Counted from the stretch's first letter, positions 46,873 through 58,330 are shown. The stretch: DNA of 64,000 bases from Candidatus Zixiibacteriota bacterium (GCA_037441845.1 JBBIRK010000006.1:148880-212879), one strand, 5' to 3'. Notes: a model not told the origin generated them from the letters alone. A program made the numbers and translations.

Positions 46873-49485
46873 TTAGTTGTTTTTTAAAAACTGAATGAGG
46901 TTCGTACCCTTATTCGCGATACCGAGTTTCTTGCGGATCATTTCCCGATGTTTACTGACCGTTCCCAGCGTCAGCGACAGCGAACGGCTGATCTCTTTGG
47001 ATGTATAACCGCTCTTGATCAGGCTGCAGATTTCCGCCTCGCGCGGAGTCAATTTCGAATATAATCTGCCCACGCCGCCCGCCGAAGAGGCCATCTCCTG
47101 CAATTGATTCTGGAGCAGCTTGTAATTGGCCATGTTTACGCTGCCGTCGTTGTTCAAAATCCTTTTCAGCGTGGGCAGCAATACCCGATCGATATCGTCG
47201 GCGAGCTGCTTTTTAATTTCCTTCTTTTCTTTCTCGATAAACGACAGCACCTCTTTCAAGGCTATATTGGCCTCTATCAGCGCCTCGTGTTCTCTCGCCA
47301 ATCTTTCCCTGCTGATAATCTCACGTGTTTTCTTGCAGACTATATCGATCACTTCCTCGAGAAATTCGGCCGCCGCCCGATCGGGACGAGTCCCGTCGAA
47401 TGGATCATCCACCGAAAGCCACCCCTCGATATGTCCGCTGTCGTCGAGTATCGGCGAAAAGAATTCATCACCGGAACGCCATGAATTCTCTTTGCCTGCC
47501 GGATTTACCGCCTGCGGTATGAACCTGCCCGTTGCCTTGAAGTCGAAACCGGCCTCCTCAGGAATGAAGTATGATCGGCTTATCTTGAAACGTGCATCGG
47601 TTATCGCTTTCGAAATAGAAAGATCGGGCGCCGGTGCTCTCCTTGCCCTTTCCACGACCTCCTTATCGAGCCCGACTTGGCCCAAATTCGTAATTTCCCG
47701 CTTTTCGTTATGGAATGTCATCACGGCGCGGCGAAATTGTCGGCCCTCGTAGATCGCCCGACAACCCAACTCGAGACAATCATCGATAGTCTTGGCGGAA
47801 CGCAGATTATTCAATAGATTCAATCGCGCCTGACCGATAATCCTGCCCTTCACCAAACCGGTGATGTCGAGAATCGCGCCGAAAGCGCCGGCATAACGGC
47901 CGTCGGAGGCGATCCTCGGCGAGGCGGATACCAGAATGGTCTTGCGGTTGCCCTTAGCCGTCTTTATCGATAATTCGTATTGTGAATTGATCCCTTTTCG
48001 ACGCACCGCCGTTTGCTGTCTTATCAATTCGAATTGGTCTTCGTCCAGATATTCCATCAGCGATTTTCCCACCATTGCCTCGGGGCTGTTTTCCTCGAAA
48101 ATTCCGGCGAATGCGGGGTTGCAAAAGCTTATCACTTCGCGGTCATCGACTACGCCGAGCCCTTCGAGCACCGAATTGAATAACATGTTATAACGATGTT
48201 CGGATTCGGTGATCGCCCGCACTCCCTGCTTCTGCCGGGTGATATCGTCGGTATAAACGACGACCATATCCTCCGGCGCGTAAACATACGTGACCGCCAA
48301 GTCCTTTACCTTTCCAGTCGATTTATAGCGGTGTTCGTATTCGCGTTTTACCGGCGATTTCTTATTGTAACATTCCCACAGATCGGCCACTATATTGGGC
48401 GAATCGCGGTATAACTCGTTTAAGGAAATTCCCAGATAATCGGAGATTTTTCCCTCGGTGATGTTCACCGCGGCATCATTGAAATCGATAAGATAAAAAT
48501 CATCACACTTGAACTGCCAAGTATAAGTCGCCATCGGGAAAGCCTTGTAATGCGCCCGCAATCTTTCTTCGCTTTCCCGCAAACTTCGCTCCGCCGCGAT
48601 ACGCTCGGTGGCGTCGATTCCCACAATCCAGTTGGCCCAGCCCGGTATTTGTTGAAAACCCGAGATATTCCACCACTCGATAACTCTTTTCGAACCGTCC
48701 TTCTTGCTGATCGGGCAATACCCCACCCGATAAGCGTGATCCTCGCCGCATTTTCCTCTCAGCACCTGTTCTCGATGATCGGCTTCGACAAAGAGCATCC
48801 TCAACGCTCCTTTATTGCCGATTATTTCGTCGGCCGCATAACCGGTTATTCGATGACAGGCTTCGTTCCAGGCGATTATGTATTCCTCCCGATCGAACGC
48901 CATGATTAAAATCGGCAGATTATTGAATATCCGCCCCAGTTTTTCCTGAAATGCGTGGTGGGATTTTTCCAGCTCCTTGCGCCGGGTTAGGTCGCGGGTC
49001 ACCCCTGCGATCTCCTTTATCGTTCCGTCGGGTTCCCTGATTATAGTCAACTTTATTTCACATTCCACCAGATGCCCGCGCTTATGCTTCAACTTATACT
49101 CGAGAGTCCTGATCGTATTTTGCGCCGGGCCGTCCGCAAAAGAGCGGCTTTTCTCGTTCTCGAGTTCTCGCAAGGCGTCCGCGTATGACTCCGGCGAAAG
49201 CAGTTCCGCGATTTCCATCGCGCAGGCTTCTTCGGAAGTATAGCCGAGTAAACTATAGACCGAAGGGCTTACGAACGTGAGCCGCAAATCCGGACTTATG
49301 GTCCACAACACATCGGATAGGAATTCCAGCAGTATCGGATCGAAATTACGCCGGTCACGCGAATCGATGCCGCCTCCGTTCCAATCGCCCTTTGTCGCCT
49401 TGCCGGCATTTTCGGCTTCGTCGTTATATGGAATGTTTTTCATTTTGCGCTCCATGTATGCGCCCGCCGGCACGGCTTGAGACAA
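46873..49485 (-). CDS. Multi-PAS-domain transcriptional regulator with a C-terminal LuxR/GerE-type helix-turn-helix.
   Basis: The C-terminus LTPREAEICSLIKSGYTSKEISRSLSLTLGTVSKHREMIRKKLG is a GerE helix-turn-helix. Several PAS/GAF-like repeats lie upstream. Confidence 0.65.
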   Translation of the reverse strand: MSQAVPAGAYMERKMKNIPYNDEAENAGKATKGDWNGGGIDSRDRRNFDPILLEFLSDVLWTISPDLRLTFVSPSVYSLLGYTSEEACAMEIAELLSPESYADALRELENEKSRSFADGPAQNTIRTLEYKLKHKRGHLVECEIKLTIIREPDGTIKEIAGVTRDLTRRKELEKSHHAFQEKLGRIFNNLPILIMAFDREEYIIAWNEACHRITGYAADEIIGNKGALRMLFVEADHREQVLRGKCGEDHAYRVGYCPISKKDGSKRVIEWWNISGFQQIPGWANWIVGIDATERIAAERSLRESEERLRAHYKAFPMATYTWQFKCDDFYLIDFNDAAVNITEGKISDYLGISLNELYRDSPNIVADLWECYNKKSPVKREYEHRYKSTGKVKDLAVTYVYAPEDMVVVYTDDITRQKQGVRAITESEHRYNMLFNSVLEGLGVVDDREVISFCNPAFAGIFEENSPEAMVGKSLMEYLDEDQFELIRQQTAVRRKGINSQYELSIKTAKGNRKTILVSASPRIASDGRYAGAFGAILDITGLVKGRIIGQARLNLLNNLRSAKTIDDCLELGCRAIYEGRQFRRAVMTFHNEKREITNLGQVGLDKEVVERARRAPAPDLSISKAITDARFKISRSYFIPEEAGFDFKATGRFIPQAVNPAGKENSWRSGDEFFSPILDDSGHIEGWLSVDDPFDGTRPDRAAAEFLEEVIDIVCKKTREIISRERLAREHEALIEANIALKEVLSFIEKEKKEIKKQLADDIDRVLLPTLKRILNNDGSVNMANYKLLQNQLQEMASSAGGVGRLYSKLTPREAEICSLIKSGYTSKEISRSLSLTLGTVSKHREMIRKKLGIANKGTNLIQFLKNN

Positions 49486-49670
49486 GTCAACCCAAGGATC
49501 GCCTTGCTGCGATATATCACAATTAAGATAATCGCTTTTCTTCGTTTTACAACTCTAAAATTCGGCGGCTTGCGGTCAAGCATTGTGCCCTGTATCATGT
49601 GCCCATGTCTTGGCTTGCCCGAATCATGCCTCCGCTTCAGCTGCCAGCCGAACGATGATACATCGTACGT

Positions 49671-50897
49671 TTGAAATTTCGCTTGTCTAAACGATTTCTA
49701 ACCCCTAATTACCCCCTGATGCGATTGCAACCCGCCATGATGGGCATAGCCATTGGAGTGTTCGCGATTATGTCATGCGCCGAGCGTAATGTGCACAGCC
49801 TCCACCAGCGGGCGATCGTGGCCGATATGCACTGCGATACCGCTTTGAGGCTTTTGCGCGGTCACGAACTTGCCCAAGCCGATTCTGTCGGCCACGTCGA
49901 TCTCGATAAACTGAAAAAAGGCGGGATTGATTTACAGGTCTTTGCCTGCTGGATTCCCACCGATACTCCGGCCGACAGCTGCAGATCCAGAGTCGATGAA
50001 ATGCTGGATACGCTTTACCGCCAGATCGAAAAAAACGCCGACCGAATTGCTGTCTGCAAAAACGCCGCGGAGGCTTCCGCCATTATCGCCGGCGGAAAAG
50101 TGGCGGCGTTGCCCGCTATCGAAAACGGGGTGGCAATTGAAAATAATCTCGATAATCTGGATCACTTCTATCGCCGCGGCGTTCGCTGCATGACATTGAC
50201 CCATACTTCGTCGAACGATTGGTGTATATCGTCGGCCGACACGAATCCTTCTTTCGACGGCCTTACGCCGTTCGGCCGCCGGGTCATCGAGAGGATGAAC
50301 GAACTGGGGATGATAATCGACGTCTCTCATGCTCATCCTTCGGCCGTGCGCGAGGTTTTGCGGCTGTCGCGGCATCCGATAATCGCTTCCCACTCCTGCG
50401 CCCGCGGTATCTGCGACCACGACCGCAATCTCACCGACGATCAGATAAAAGCGATCGCCGCCGCCGGCGGGGTCATCGGCGTCAATTTCTTTTGCGGCTA
50501 TCTTTCGCAACAATGGAGCCAGGTCGTCGATTCGTTCACCGCGGCTCATAAGGCGGAAATCGATTCGATTAGGGAACGTTATAAAAACGATCGCCGCGAG
50601 CGGCACCGGGCTATGGCCGGAATTTTCGCGGCGATGGATTCCGCCGTGGCCGGTATAAAAGTCGATGTGGCTTTAGTGGTCGATCATATCGATTATATGG
50701 TCAAACTTGTCGGCGCCGATCATGTCGGCCTGGGTTCCGATTTCGACGGTGTATACAGATTACCGCAGGGGCTTTCCGATTGCTCGATGATGCCCAACAT
50801 CACCGCCGAACTTATGCGGCGCGGATATTCGGATACCGATATCGAGAAAATCCTCGGCGGCAATTTTATTCGCGTATTTACGGCCGTCTGCCGGTGA
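49671..50897 (+). CDS. Membrane dipeptidase (peptidase family M19) with an N-terminal signal peptide.
   Basis: HCDTALRL, GGIDLQVFACW, MIIDVSHA and HVGLGSDFDG are renal-dipeptidase-family metal-ligand motifs. Confidence 0.8.
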   Translation: MKFRLSKRFLTPNYPLMRLQPAMMGIAIGVFAIMSCAERNVHSLHQRAIVADMHCDTALRLLRGHELAQADSVGHVDLDKLKKGGIDLQVFACWIPTDTPADSCRSRVDEMLDTLYRQIEKNADRIAVCKNAAEASAIIAGGKVAALPAIENGVAIENNLDNLDHFYRRGVRCMTLTHTSSNDWCISSADTNPSFDGLTPFGRRVIERMNELGMIIDVSHAHPSAVREVLRLSRHPIIASHSCARGICDHDRNLTDDQIKAIAAAGGVIGVNFFCGYLSQQWSQVVDSFTAAHKAEIDSIRERYKNDRRERHRAMAGIFAAMDSAVAGIKVDVALVVDHIDYMVKLVGADHVGLGSDFDGVYRLPQGLSDCSMMPNITAELMRRGYSDTDIEKILGGNFIRVFTAVCR

Positions 50898-50921
50898 TTG
50901 CAGCCGCACTCTTGTCGATAA

Positions 50922-51632
50922 TCAGGCTTCGCCCAGGTAGGCTTTACGCACTTCCGGGTTTATGGCTATCTCGGCGGCTGTTCCTTCCAGCCGGATGAGT
51001 CCGGTTTCGAGAACATAAGCATAATCGGCGATACTCAAAGCCATATGCGCGTTCTGTTCCACCAGCAGAATTGTGGCCTCAAGGCGGGAATTGATCTCCA
51101 CTATCTTCTGGAAAATGGTCTTGACCAAAATCGGGGCGATTCCCAGCGACGGTTCGTCGAGCAGCAGCAGTTTCGGACGGGCAAGCATCGCCCGCCCCAG
51201 GCAAAGCATCTGCTGTTCTCCGCCCGATAGCTTGCCTCCCGGCTGTTTCAGGCGCTCTTTCAGACGCGGAAACATGCCAAACACGAATTCCATGTCTTTT
51301 TCGATTTCGCCTTTGTCTCTGCGCAGATAAGCGCCCATCGCCAGATTCTCTTTTACCGATAGATTGGCGAAAATCATCCGCCCCTCGGGACCATGTGAAA
51401 TCCCCATCGCTACTATCTCGTGCGCCGGGCGATTGGTGATATCTTTGTCGCCGAAAATGATTCTTCCCTCGGCCACTTTTACCAACCCGGAAATCGCCCG
51501 TAGCGAGGTCGATTTGCCCGCCCCGTTGGCCCCAATCAGAGCGACTATTTTCTTGCGAGGGACATCGATCGAAATTCCTTTCAAGGCCTCGATCGCTCCG
51601 TAACGGACGCGGACATTTTTCAATTTCAACAT
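50922..51632 (-). CDS. livF: Branched-chain amino acid ABC transporter ATP-binding protein.
   Basis: Walker A GANGAGKST, ABC signature LSGGEQQML, Walker B LLLLDEPS. Confidence 0.8.
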   Translation of the reverse strand: MLKLKNVRVRYGAIEALKGISIDVPRKKIVALIGANGAGKSTSLRAISGLVKVAEGRIIFGDKDITNRPAHEIVAMGISHGPEGRMIFANLSVKENLAMGAYLRRDKGEIEKDMEFVFGMFPRLKERLKQPGGKLSGGEQQMLCLGRAMLARPKLLLLDEPSLGIAPILVKTIFQKIVEINSRLEATILLVEQNAHMALSIADYAYVLETGLIRLEGTAAEIAINPEVRKAYLGEA

Positions 51633-52405
51633 CAGTTTTCGACTCTTTCGCCGAGATATGCTTCGAGCACCGCCGGATTATTCTGAATCTCCCGCGGGCT
51701 TCCCTCGGCGATTTTGATACCGTAATCCAACACGGCGATTCTTTCGCAGATTCCCATCACCACGCTCATGTCATGTTCGATCAACAAGATTCCGCAGCCA
51801 TAGAACCCCCGCGCCCGGCGTATCAAATTCATCAACTGATTTTTCTCGGATTGATTCATTCCCGCCGCCGGTTCGTCGAGCAATACCAGGCGCGGTCGGG
51901 AAACCATCGCCCTGACTAATTCCACTCTTCGCTGCAGGCCATAGGGAAGCGATAGAGCGGGTTCGTTCATTATCTCGCGAAGGCCAAAAAAATCGAGCGC
52001 CTCTTTTATTTCGCCGTCGATCCGCTTTTCGTACCTGTGGAATTTAGGCCCCTGAATCGTCGCCCCCATCAGGCCGTAACCCGCCTGATAATGGATTGCA
52101 GCTTGCACCGTTTGGTAAACGGTGAGCGATTTGAACAATCTTATATTCTGGAAGGTCCTCGATATCCCCAGTCGGGCGATCTGGGGAATTTTCAGCCCCA
52201 AAAGCGATTTCCCTTCGAATACGATCGATCCCGCCGAGGGTTTATAGACTCCCGTGATCAAATTGAAAACGGTCGTTTTGCCGGCACCGTTCGGTCCGAT
52301 CATGCCTACTAAACATCCTCTCTCGAGTTCGAGATCGAGCTCCGATACGGCCGCCAGGCCGCCGAAATGAATGGAGCATTTTTTTATCGAAAGCAGCGTT
52401 TCCAT
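51632..52405 (-). CDS. livG: Branched-chain amino acid ABC transporter ATP-binding protein.
   Basis: [33 protein letters not shown]. Confidence 0.8.
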   Translation of the reverse strand: METLLSIKKCSIHFGGLAAVSELDLELERGCLVGMIGPNGAGKTTVFNLITGVYKPSAGSIVFEGKSLLGLKIPQIARLGISRTFQNIRLFKSLTVYQTVQAAIHYQAGYGLMGATIQGPKFHRYEKRIDGEIKEALDFFGLREIMNEPALSLPYGLQRRVELVRAMVSRPRLVLLDEPAAGMNQSEKNQLMNLIRRARGFYGCGILLIEHDMSVVMGICERIAVLDYGIKIAEGSPREIQNNPAVLEAYLGERVEN

Positions 52406-52406
52406 G

Positions 52407-53375
52407 TTATCTCGCCGCGCTTGCCGTCGCTTTTTTCCTCCCGGATCCGAACGCGAATAAACCTCCGGGACGGGCGATCATGATAACCACCAGCAAGAGC
52501 GCATAAATCACCATCCGATACATCGCCACCGCCCGTAATGCCTCCGGAAGTATGGTGAGAATCAACGCCGAGAAAATCACCCCGGTTATGCTTCCCATAC
52601 CGCCGATCACCACCATGACCACGATCTCGAAAGAGCGCAAAAAGCCGAATTGCGCCGGATTGATATATGTTACGAAATGAGCATAAAGCCCGCCGGCGAT
52701 TCCCGCGAAAAACGCCCCGATAATGAACGCGCTGACCTTTATCCTGGTGGCGCTTATTCCGGCGGATTCCGCCGCGATCTCGTCGTCGCGCACGGCCAAA
52801 TAGCCGATACCGTATGTCGAGTGCAGCAAATTATAAAGCAGATAAATCAGCAGCGCCGCGATCGAGTAAACCCAGAAAAAATCGGTCATCTTGGCGATTC
52901 CGGTGAATCCCCGGGCGCCGCCCAGAAAATCGAGATTCTGGATTATCACTCGGATTATTTCACCCATGCCGAGAGTCGTAATGGCCAGATAATCCCCTTT
53001 CAATCGAAGCGTGGGGATACCTACCAACAGCCCGCACACCGAGGCGGCCGCACCGCCTCCTGCCAGCGCCGGTAAAAAAACAAGCGGCGTAGGTAATCCG
53101 CCTCCGGCGCCGATTAAGCTCGTTATCAAAGCCGAAGTGTAAGCTCCAATCGCCATGAAGCCCGCATGTCCCAGCGAAAATTGACCGGCGAAACCGTTTA
53201 TCAGGTTCAAGCTCGAAGCCAGAATGATATTGATTCCTATGTAGATAATGATCTGATAATAGTAGGGGCTTATGCTGCCTTGTAGCTTTCCCAACAGCCA
53301 GAATACCGGCAAACTCAGAATCAAAACCGCTTTCGGTTTGTGATCCCGAATCATATTCCAGACGATACCGGCCAA
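52407..53375 (-). CDS. livM: Branched-chain amino acid ABC transporter permease.
   Basis: 322-aa polytopic membrane protein of the LivM type, adjacent to livH. Confidence 0.75.
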   Translation of the reverse strand: MAGIVWNMIRDHKPKAVLILSLPVFWLLGKLQGSISPYYYQIIIYIGINIILASSLNLINGFAGQFSLGHAGFMAIGAYTSALITSLIGAGGGLPTPLVFLPALAGGGAAASVCGLLVGIPTLRLKGDYLAITTLGMGEIIRVIIQNLDFLGGARGFTGIAKMTDFFWVYSIAALLIYLLYNLLHSTYGIGYLAVRDDEIAAESAGISATRIKVSAFIIGAFFAGIAGGLYAHFVTYINPAQFGFLRSFEIVVMVVIGGMGSITGVIFSALILTILPEALRAVAMYRMVIYALLLVVIMIARPGGLFAFGSGRKKATASAAR

Positions 53376-53432
53376 TTACCTTACCCCGAAATGCGAATTC
53401 TTCCGCCGTTTCCCCATCGTTTCAATCGAGGC

Positions 53433-54338
53433 CTATACTTTCTCGGTTTCATGTCTGCGCAGTATCCCCGACGGCCGGAAAAGCAGGATCAGAATCAGTA
53501 TTCCGAATGCTATCGCATCCCTGAACGCGGGGGAGATGTAACCGGTTACGAAAGTCTCCGTTAAGCCGATTATCATCCCTCCGATCGCCGCCCCGGTCAG
53601 ATTGCCGATACCACCAAGCACCGCCGCGATAAACGCCTTCAATCCCGGAAATATCCCCATAAGCGGATTTATACTCGGATAAACCGAGGCATATAATATC
53701 GCCGCCGCCGCCGCCAGGCTCGAACCCAAGACGAATGTCAACGAAATCACCCTGTCGATATTTATCCCCATCAATCCGGCCGTTTGATGATTGAATGCGA
53801 CCGCTCTTATGGCGGTGCCCATGCGCGTGCCGAAAACGATGAATCGCAATATCAGCATTAACGCCAAGGCGGTCGTTATGACTATTATCGAGTTGGTGTT
53901 TATCACCAGATCGCTCGAGTCGATTATGGCCGCCGAGGGAATCAACTCGGGGAACAACTTCGGATCGGGTCCGAAGACCAATTGGCCGCCGTATTCGAGA
54001 AAAAGCGACACGCCGATTGCCGTTATCAGAATGGTCAGTTTCGGCCGCGAACGCAGCGGGCGATAGGCTATCTTTTCGATCGTCACCCCGAGCGCCGAAC
54101 AGACGATCATCGCCGCGAGCATCACGGCCAGCCCGGCTGGAATCGTCGCCTCGCCGGTCAGAGGCATTATCAGCGGCCCCAGATAATACCCGACGAATGC
54201 GCCCACCATGAATACGTCTCCGTGCGCGAAATTGATGAAACCGAGGACACCGTAAATCATGGTGTAACCCAGGGCGATAAGGGCGTAGATACTCCCCAAC
54301 GACACCCCGTTTATCACCTGTTGGAAAAATTCACTCAT
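53433..54338 (-). CDS. livH: Branched-chain amino acid ABC transporter permease.
   Basis: 301-aa membrane protein with a LivH-like N-terminus (QQVINGVSLGSIYALIALGYTMIYG). Confidence 0.75.
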   Translation of the reverse strand: MSEFFQQVINGVSLGSIYALIALGYTMIYGVLGFINFAHGDVFMVGAFVGYYLGPLIMPLTGEATIPAGLAVMLAAMIVCSALGVTIEKIAYRPLRSRPKLTILITAIGVSLFLEYGGQLVFGPDPKLFPELIPSAAIIDSSDLVINTNSIIVITTALALMLILRFIVFGTRMGTAIRAVAFNHQTAGLMGINIDRVISLTFVLGSSLAAAAAILYASVYPSINPLMGIFPGLKAFIAAVLGGIGNLTGAAIGGMIIGLTETFVTGYISPAFRDAIAFGILILILLFRPSGILRRHETEKV

Positions 54339-54348
54339 CGGATCAGGA

Positions 54349-55488
54349 TCAGGGCTGAATGATCTCCCGCAGGCTCATTTTATTGTCGTTGACCGCAATT
54401 ATCACCGCCGGCTTGCGCGCGTTGCGATCGGGCCCGATCGTGATCGTTCCGGTCACCCCCCGGAAATTCTCGGTCTTGGCCAAAGCGTCGCGGATACATT
54501 CGGGCTGGGTGTTTCCGCAACGCTCGATCGCATCGAATAGTATCCGCCCGGCATCGTAGCCCAGCGCGGCCATGGCATCCGGCGTCTCCCCGAAAGAATT
54601 GCGATATCTGGCGACGAATTTCTGAACCATGGTGTCGGGATCATCGGCCGTATAAGCGGTGCTGAAAAAGGTATTGTCCATCGCTTTCCCGCCGATTTCT
54701 ATAAGTTTCGACGAATCCCAGCCGTCGCCGCCGATAATCGGCATGTTCATGTTCAATTCCCTGGCTTGCTTTGCTATCAGGGCGGCCTCGGTGTAGTAGC
54801 CGGGCAGAATTATCGCCTGAGGATCGGCCGCTTTCAACGCCGTCAGCTGCGCCTTGAAATCGACGTCCCCCTCGCTGTAGGCCTGGGTGGCCATGACTTC
54901 CCCTCCGAGTCGCTTGAATGCGATTTCGAAAAACTGTGCCAGGCCGATACTGTAATCGTTGCGAATATCCTTGAGCAGCGCCACCTTTCGCAGTCCAAGC
55001 GAATTGAAAGCGAACCTGGCCATCACCTCGCCCTGAAAAGGATCGATATAACAGACACGGAAAATGAAATCTCCTTTTTCGGTCACCGCCGGGTTGGTCG
55101 ATGCCGGACTGACCATGGGGATACGATTCTGTTGGCATATCGGCGCTGCCGCCAGGCTGCGCGAGGAGGACACCTCGCCGATAATCGCCACCACGCGATC
55201 GCGGGTGATTAGTTTGGTTACCGCGGTGGCGGCCTCTTCCGGTTTCGATTGGGTATCCTCGGTGAGAAGTTTAATCGGTCTTCCGAGGATTCCTCCCGAC
55301 CCGTTGACGTCTTCCACGGCCAAAAGCAGGCCGCGATGGGTCGATAGACCGAAGGTGGCGGTTGTGCCGGTCAACGAAGAGTATTCGCCGATTAAAATTT
55401 CGTCGCTTTTTTGTGATCCGCCGCATGCGGAAAGGATGGCCAAACCGAGAATGGTCAACGAAATCATTAATTTCCCGCGATTATTCAT
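54349..55488 (-). CDS. livK: Periplasmic branched-chain amino acid / Leu-Ile-Val binding lipoprotein.
   Basis: Lipoprotein signal LAILSACGG and the type-I periplasmic binding fold. It is the first gene of the livKHMGF array. Confidence 0.75.
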   Translation of the reverse strand: MNNRGKLMISLTILGLAILSACGGSQKSDEILIGEYSSLTGTTATFGLSTHRGLLLAVEDVNGSGGILGRPIKLLTEDTQSKPEEAATAVTKLITRDRVVAIIGEVSSSRSLAAAPICQQNRIPMVSPASTNPAVTEKGDFIFRVCYIDPFQGEVMARFAFNSLGLRKVALLKDIRNDYSIGLAQFFEIAFKRLGGEVMATQAYSEGDVDFKAQLTALKAADPQAIILPGYYTEAALIAKQARELNMNMPIIGGDGWDSSKLIEIGGKAMDNTFFSTAYTADDPDTMVQKFVARYRNSFGETPDAMAALGYDAGRILFDAIERCGNTQPECIRDALAKTENFRGVTGTITIGPDRNARKPAVIIAVNDNKMSLREIIQP

Positions 55489-55645
55489 GGTGTTCTCCTT
55501 TTCCTTTTTCCCTATGATAGAAGCAATTCAGCGACATTGTCAAGGAATGTATGATCACCGCAGATTCCGCGCCCTCGGCCGGCGACAGAAAAGCCGACGC
55601 GGTGAAAGTCCCGCATCGGCCGTCGATCCTTCGTTGCCTCAATAT

Positions 55646-57535
55646 CTACTGCAAATGTTTTTCCAGGAATTTTTCCATCGCCTCGTAAAAATCGAATCGG
55701 TTTTCTTCGTTGGCGAATCCGTGGCCTTCATTGTCTTTTACCATATATTCGACTTCTACGCCGCGCTTTCTCAAAGCCTCCACTATCTGATTTGATTCGT
55801 CGATCTTCACCCGCGGATCGTTTGCCCCCTGGGCCACCAGAAGCGGTGCCTTTATTTTTTCCGCATGAAATACTGGCGATCTTTCAACGAAACGGGCGCT
55901 GTCCTCGGTCGGATTGCCCACCATTTCATACATCATGTCGAGGTAAGGTTTCCAGTAAGGGGGAATCGTTTTCAAGAACGTGAACAGGTTCGATACCCCT
56001 ACGTAATCGACTCCGCAGGCGTATAACTCCGGTGAAAACGCCAGCCCGGCCAGCGTGGCGTAACCGCCGTAGCTGCCTCCATAAATAGCGATTCTTTTAG
56101 GATCGGCGATCCCCTCCGCGATCAACCACTTCACGCCGTCGGTTATATCATCCTGCATCGCGCCGCCCCACTGCTTGAACGACTTCATCCAAAATTCCCG
56201 GCCGTATCCGGTCGAGCCCCGGAAATTGATCTGCAAAACCGCATAGCCGCGATTGGCCAAGAATTGCACTTCGGGATTGAATCCCCAGGTGTCGCGATAC
56301 CAGGGGCCTCCATGAGGATTCACCACCACCGGCAGATTTTTTGGTTCCTTTCCCAGCGGCAAGGTCAGATAACCATGTATCAACAGCCCATCGCGCGCCT
56401 TGTAGCTTATCGGCTTCATCGGAGCCAGCTCGTTTTCGTTGAGCCAGGGATTGCGTTCGGCCAGCTTCGTCAAATTGCCGCTCTCTTTTTCGTATAAGTA
56501 GTAGGCGCCCAAGGTGCGGTCGCTGAAAGTCCTGACTATGAGTATATCTTCTTCCTTATTGTTGAACGTAACCGCCACCTCATAGCCGGGGAGTCTTTTC
56601 CTCAGATCGCCGTAAATCATTTCCGTTTCCTTATCCAGAAACTTTTCTTCGGGTTTCCAGGTGGTGTAATTGATCTGGGTCAAGACTTTTCTCTTGCGGG
56701 AATAAGCCATCGACTCTACGTCCACCTCCGGATGCTCGAATATGACTTCGATTTCCTTTCCCGAGGCTACATCGTATTTGACGATCGCCATCTTGTCCCT
56801 GCCCAAATTCGAGGTGGCGTAGATGTTCTTGTTGTCGAACGTGAAAAACAACGGCGAAAAAGAATCTTTGAAATTGGTTTGCATCAACGTCCGGAACGGT
56901 TCGGCGGAATTGTCTCGATAAAGTATCGACACATTGACACCGTCCGTCGCCGTCGCTATACGGATATTGCCGTCGTGGTCGGTCATCCAGCTGACTATAT
57001 TGCCGGGATTTTCGGCTTCCATCCGTAGCTCGCCGCTGGCGGTGTTCAACCGATAAGCATCGAAAATCTGGGGGTTGCGCTTGTTCATCCCGATTAGCAC
57101 GTCCGTCGGATGATCGATCAAGTCGTCTATCAAGCGTACCTGAACCGAATCGAACGGCGTCAAATCCACTTCACGGGTTCCATCGATATTGACCGCGAAC
57201 AGATGGTAATTCTCGTCTCCGCCGAAATCTTTCAGGTAGAGAATCCGGTCGTTCCCTTTCCAGAAATAAGCTGATATATCCCTATCGGTCACCGAGGTGA
57301 CCCTCGTCGCCTTATCCGTTCCCCGCCGCTGAACGAAAACGTTCATTCTGTTTTCGTAAGGTTGGGTGAACGATATATGATTGCCGTCCGGAGAAATCTG
57401 AAAATACGCCTTCTCCGGGTTCCTGAAAAAATCCCGCAACGGAATCCGCCGCGGCGTCTGCGCCGACAAATGAGTTGCCGCCATCATGAATAGCATGATA
57501 CACAGCCCCGAGGCCAACAATTGATTTTTCACCAT
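55646..57535 (-). CDS. Secreted S9-family serine peptidase (prolyl oligopeptidase / dipeptidyl aminopeptidase family) with an N-terminal beta-propeller.
   Basis: Signal peptide. Catalytic GGSYGGY, and Asp/His in GANDPRV and GHGF. Confidence 0.75.
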   Translation of the reverse strand: MVKNQLLASGLCIMLFMMAATHLSAQTPRRIPLRDFFRNPEKAYFQISPDGNHISFTQPYENRMNVFVQRRGTDKATRVTSVTDRDISAYFWKGNDRILYLKDFGGDENYHLFAVNIDGTREVDLTPFDSVQVRLIDDLIDHPTDVLIGMNKRNPQIFDAYRLNTASGELRMEAENPGNIVSWMTDHDGNIRIATATDGVNVSILYRDNSAEPFRTLMQTNFKDSFSPLFFTFDNKNIYATSNLGRDKMAIVKYDVASGKEIEVIFEHPEVDVESMAYSRKRKVLTQINYTTWKPEEKFLDKETEMIYGDLRKRLPGYEVAVTFNNKEEDILIVRTFSDRTLGAYYLYEKESGNLTKLAERNPWLNENELAPMKPISYKARDGLLIHGYLTLPLGKEPKNLPVVVNPHGGPWYRDTWGFNPEVQFLANRGYAVLQINFRGSTGYGREFWMKSFKQWGGAMQDDITDGVKWLIAEGIADPKRIAIYGGSYGGYATLAGLAFSPELYACGVDYVGVSNLFTFLKTIPPYWKPYLDMMYEMVGNPTEDSARFVERSPVFHAEKIKAPLLVAQGANDPRVKIDESNQIVEALRKRGVEVEYMVKDNEGHGFANEENRFDFYEAMEKFLEKHLQ

Positions 57536-57688
57536 CGCATTTTCCTTTCCGAAAAACGATTATTGAATATCTTCAAATAAGCGCATGATCACCGGGGCGA
57601 CCTGCATCTTCTTCGCAATAAGCCGTCCGGCGCAGTCGTTGTGTAGTTTGAGAATCTGCGGCGGAAAGTCGCCTGCGCGCCGCCGATA

Positions 57689-58330
57689 TCATTCTATCAG
57701 TCCCAGCTCCCGAAGTTCTTTTTCGTAGCGCACCCTGACCATGTAGGGTATCGTCTCCGTATATTTGCCAACCGAAGTATGCTGGAATTTCCCCTCTTTT
57801 TTGCATTCGTAATAATGTTCTTTGCTCCGATAGCCGATAATTTCCGCCGGATTGCCGAGAATTATGGCCAAGGGCGGAATGTTCTTCGTCACCACCGATC
57901 CCATTCCGATTATCGCCCCCTCGCCGATCTCCACGCCCGGCATTATCATCACTCCCGCTCCGATCCAGACGAATTCGCGGATTATCACCGGTTTGAGCTC
58001 GATGATTTCATCGAACGGAATCGCCTTGGCGTTGCGGTAGTGATGTTGAACCGTGAATATCGTGCAGTTGTAACCTATACCGGTGTTCTCACCGACATAT
58101 AGACCGCCGCTCGAATTGATCATCGTGCCGTCGTGGATAAGAACCCGGTCTTTCAAAATAACCCGCTGGGGCATGTTGATTGAAACCGAACGGCCTATGC
58201 AAACGTCTTTGCCGTACTCGCGGAATTGCTCGGGAATGTACGTTCGCCGCATTTCCTCCCGATAGCATCTGCGCAGCCACGATATGAATCGTATCGGCGC
58301 CCAATCCTTAATCAGCCGTTTCAGCTCCAT
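57689..58330 (-). CDS. Hexapeptide-repeat (left-handed beta-helix) acetyltransferase.
   Basis: IGYNCTIFTV, VWIGAGVMIMPGVEIGEGAIIGMGSVV. Confidence 0.65.
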   Translation of the reverse strand: MELKRLIKDWAPIRFISWLRRCYREEMRRTYIPEQFREYGKDVCIGRSVSINMPQRVILKDRVLIHDGTMINSSGGLYVGENTGIGYNCTIFTVQHHYRNAKAIPFDEIIELKPVIIREFVWIGAGVMIMPGVEIGEGAIIGMGSVVTKNIPPLAIILGNPAEIIGYRSKEHYYECKKEGKFQHTSVGKYTETIPYMVRVRYEKELRELGLIE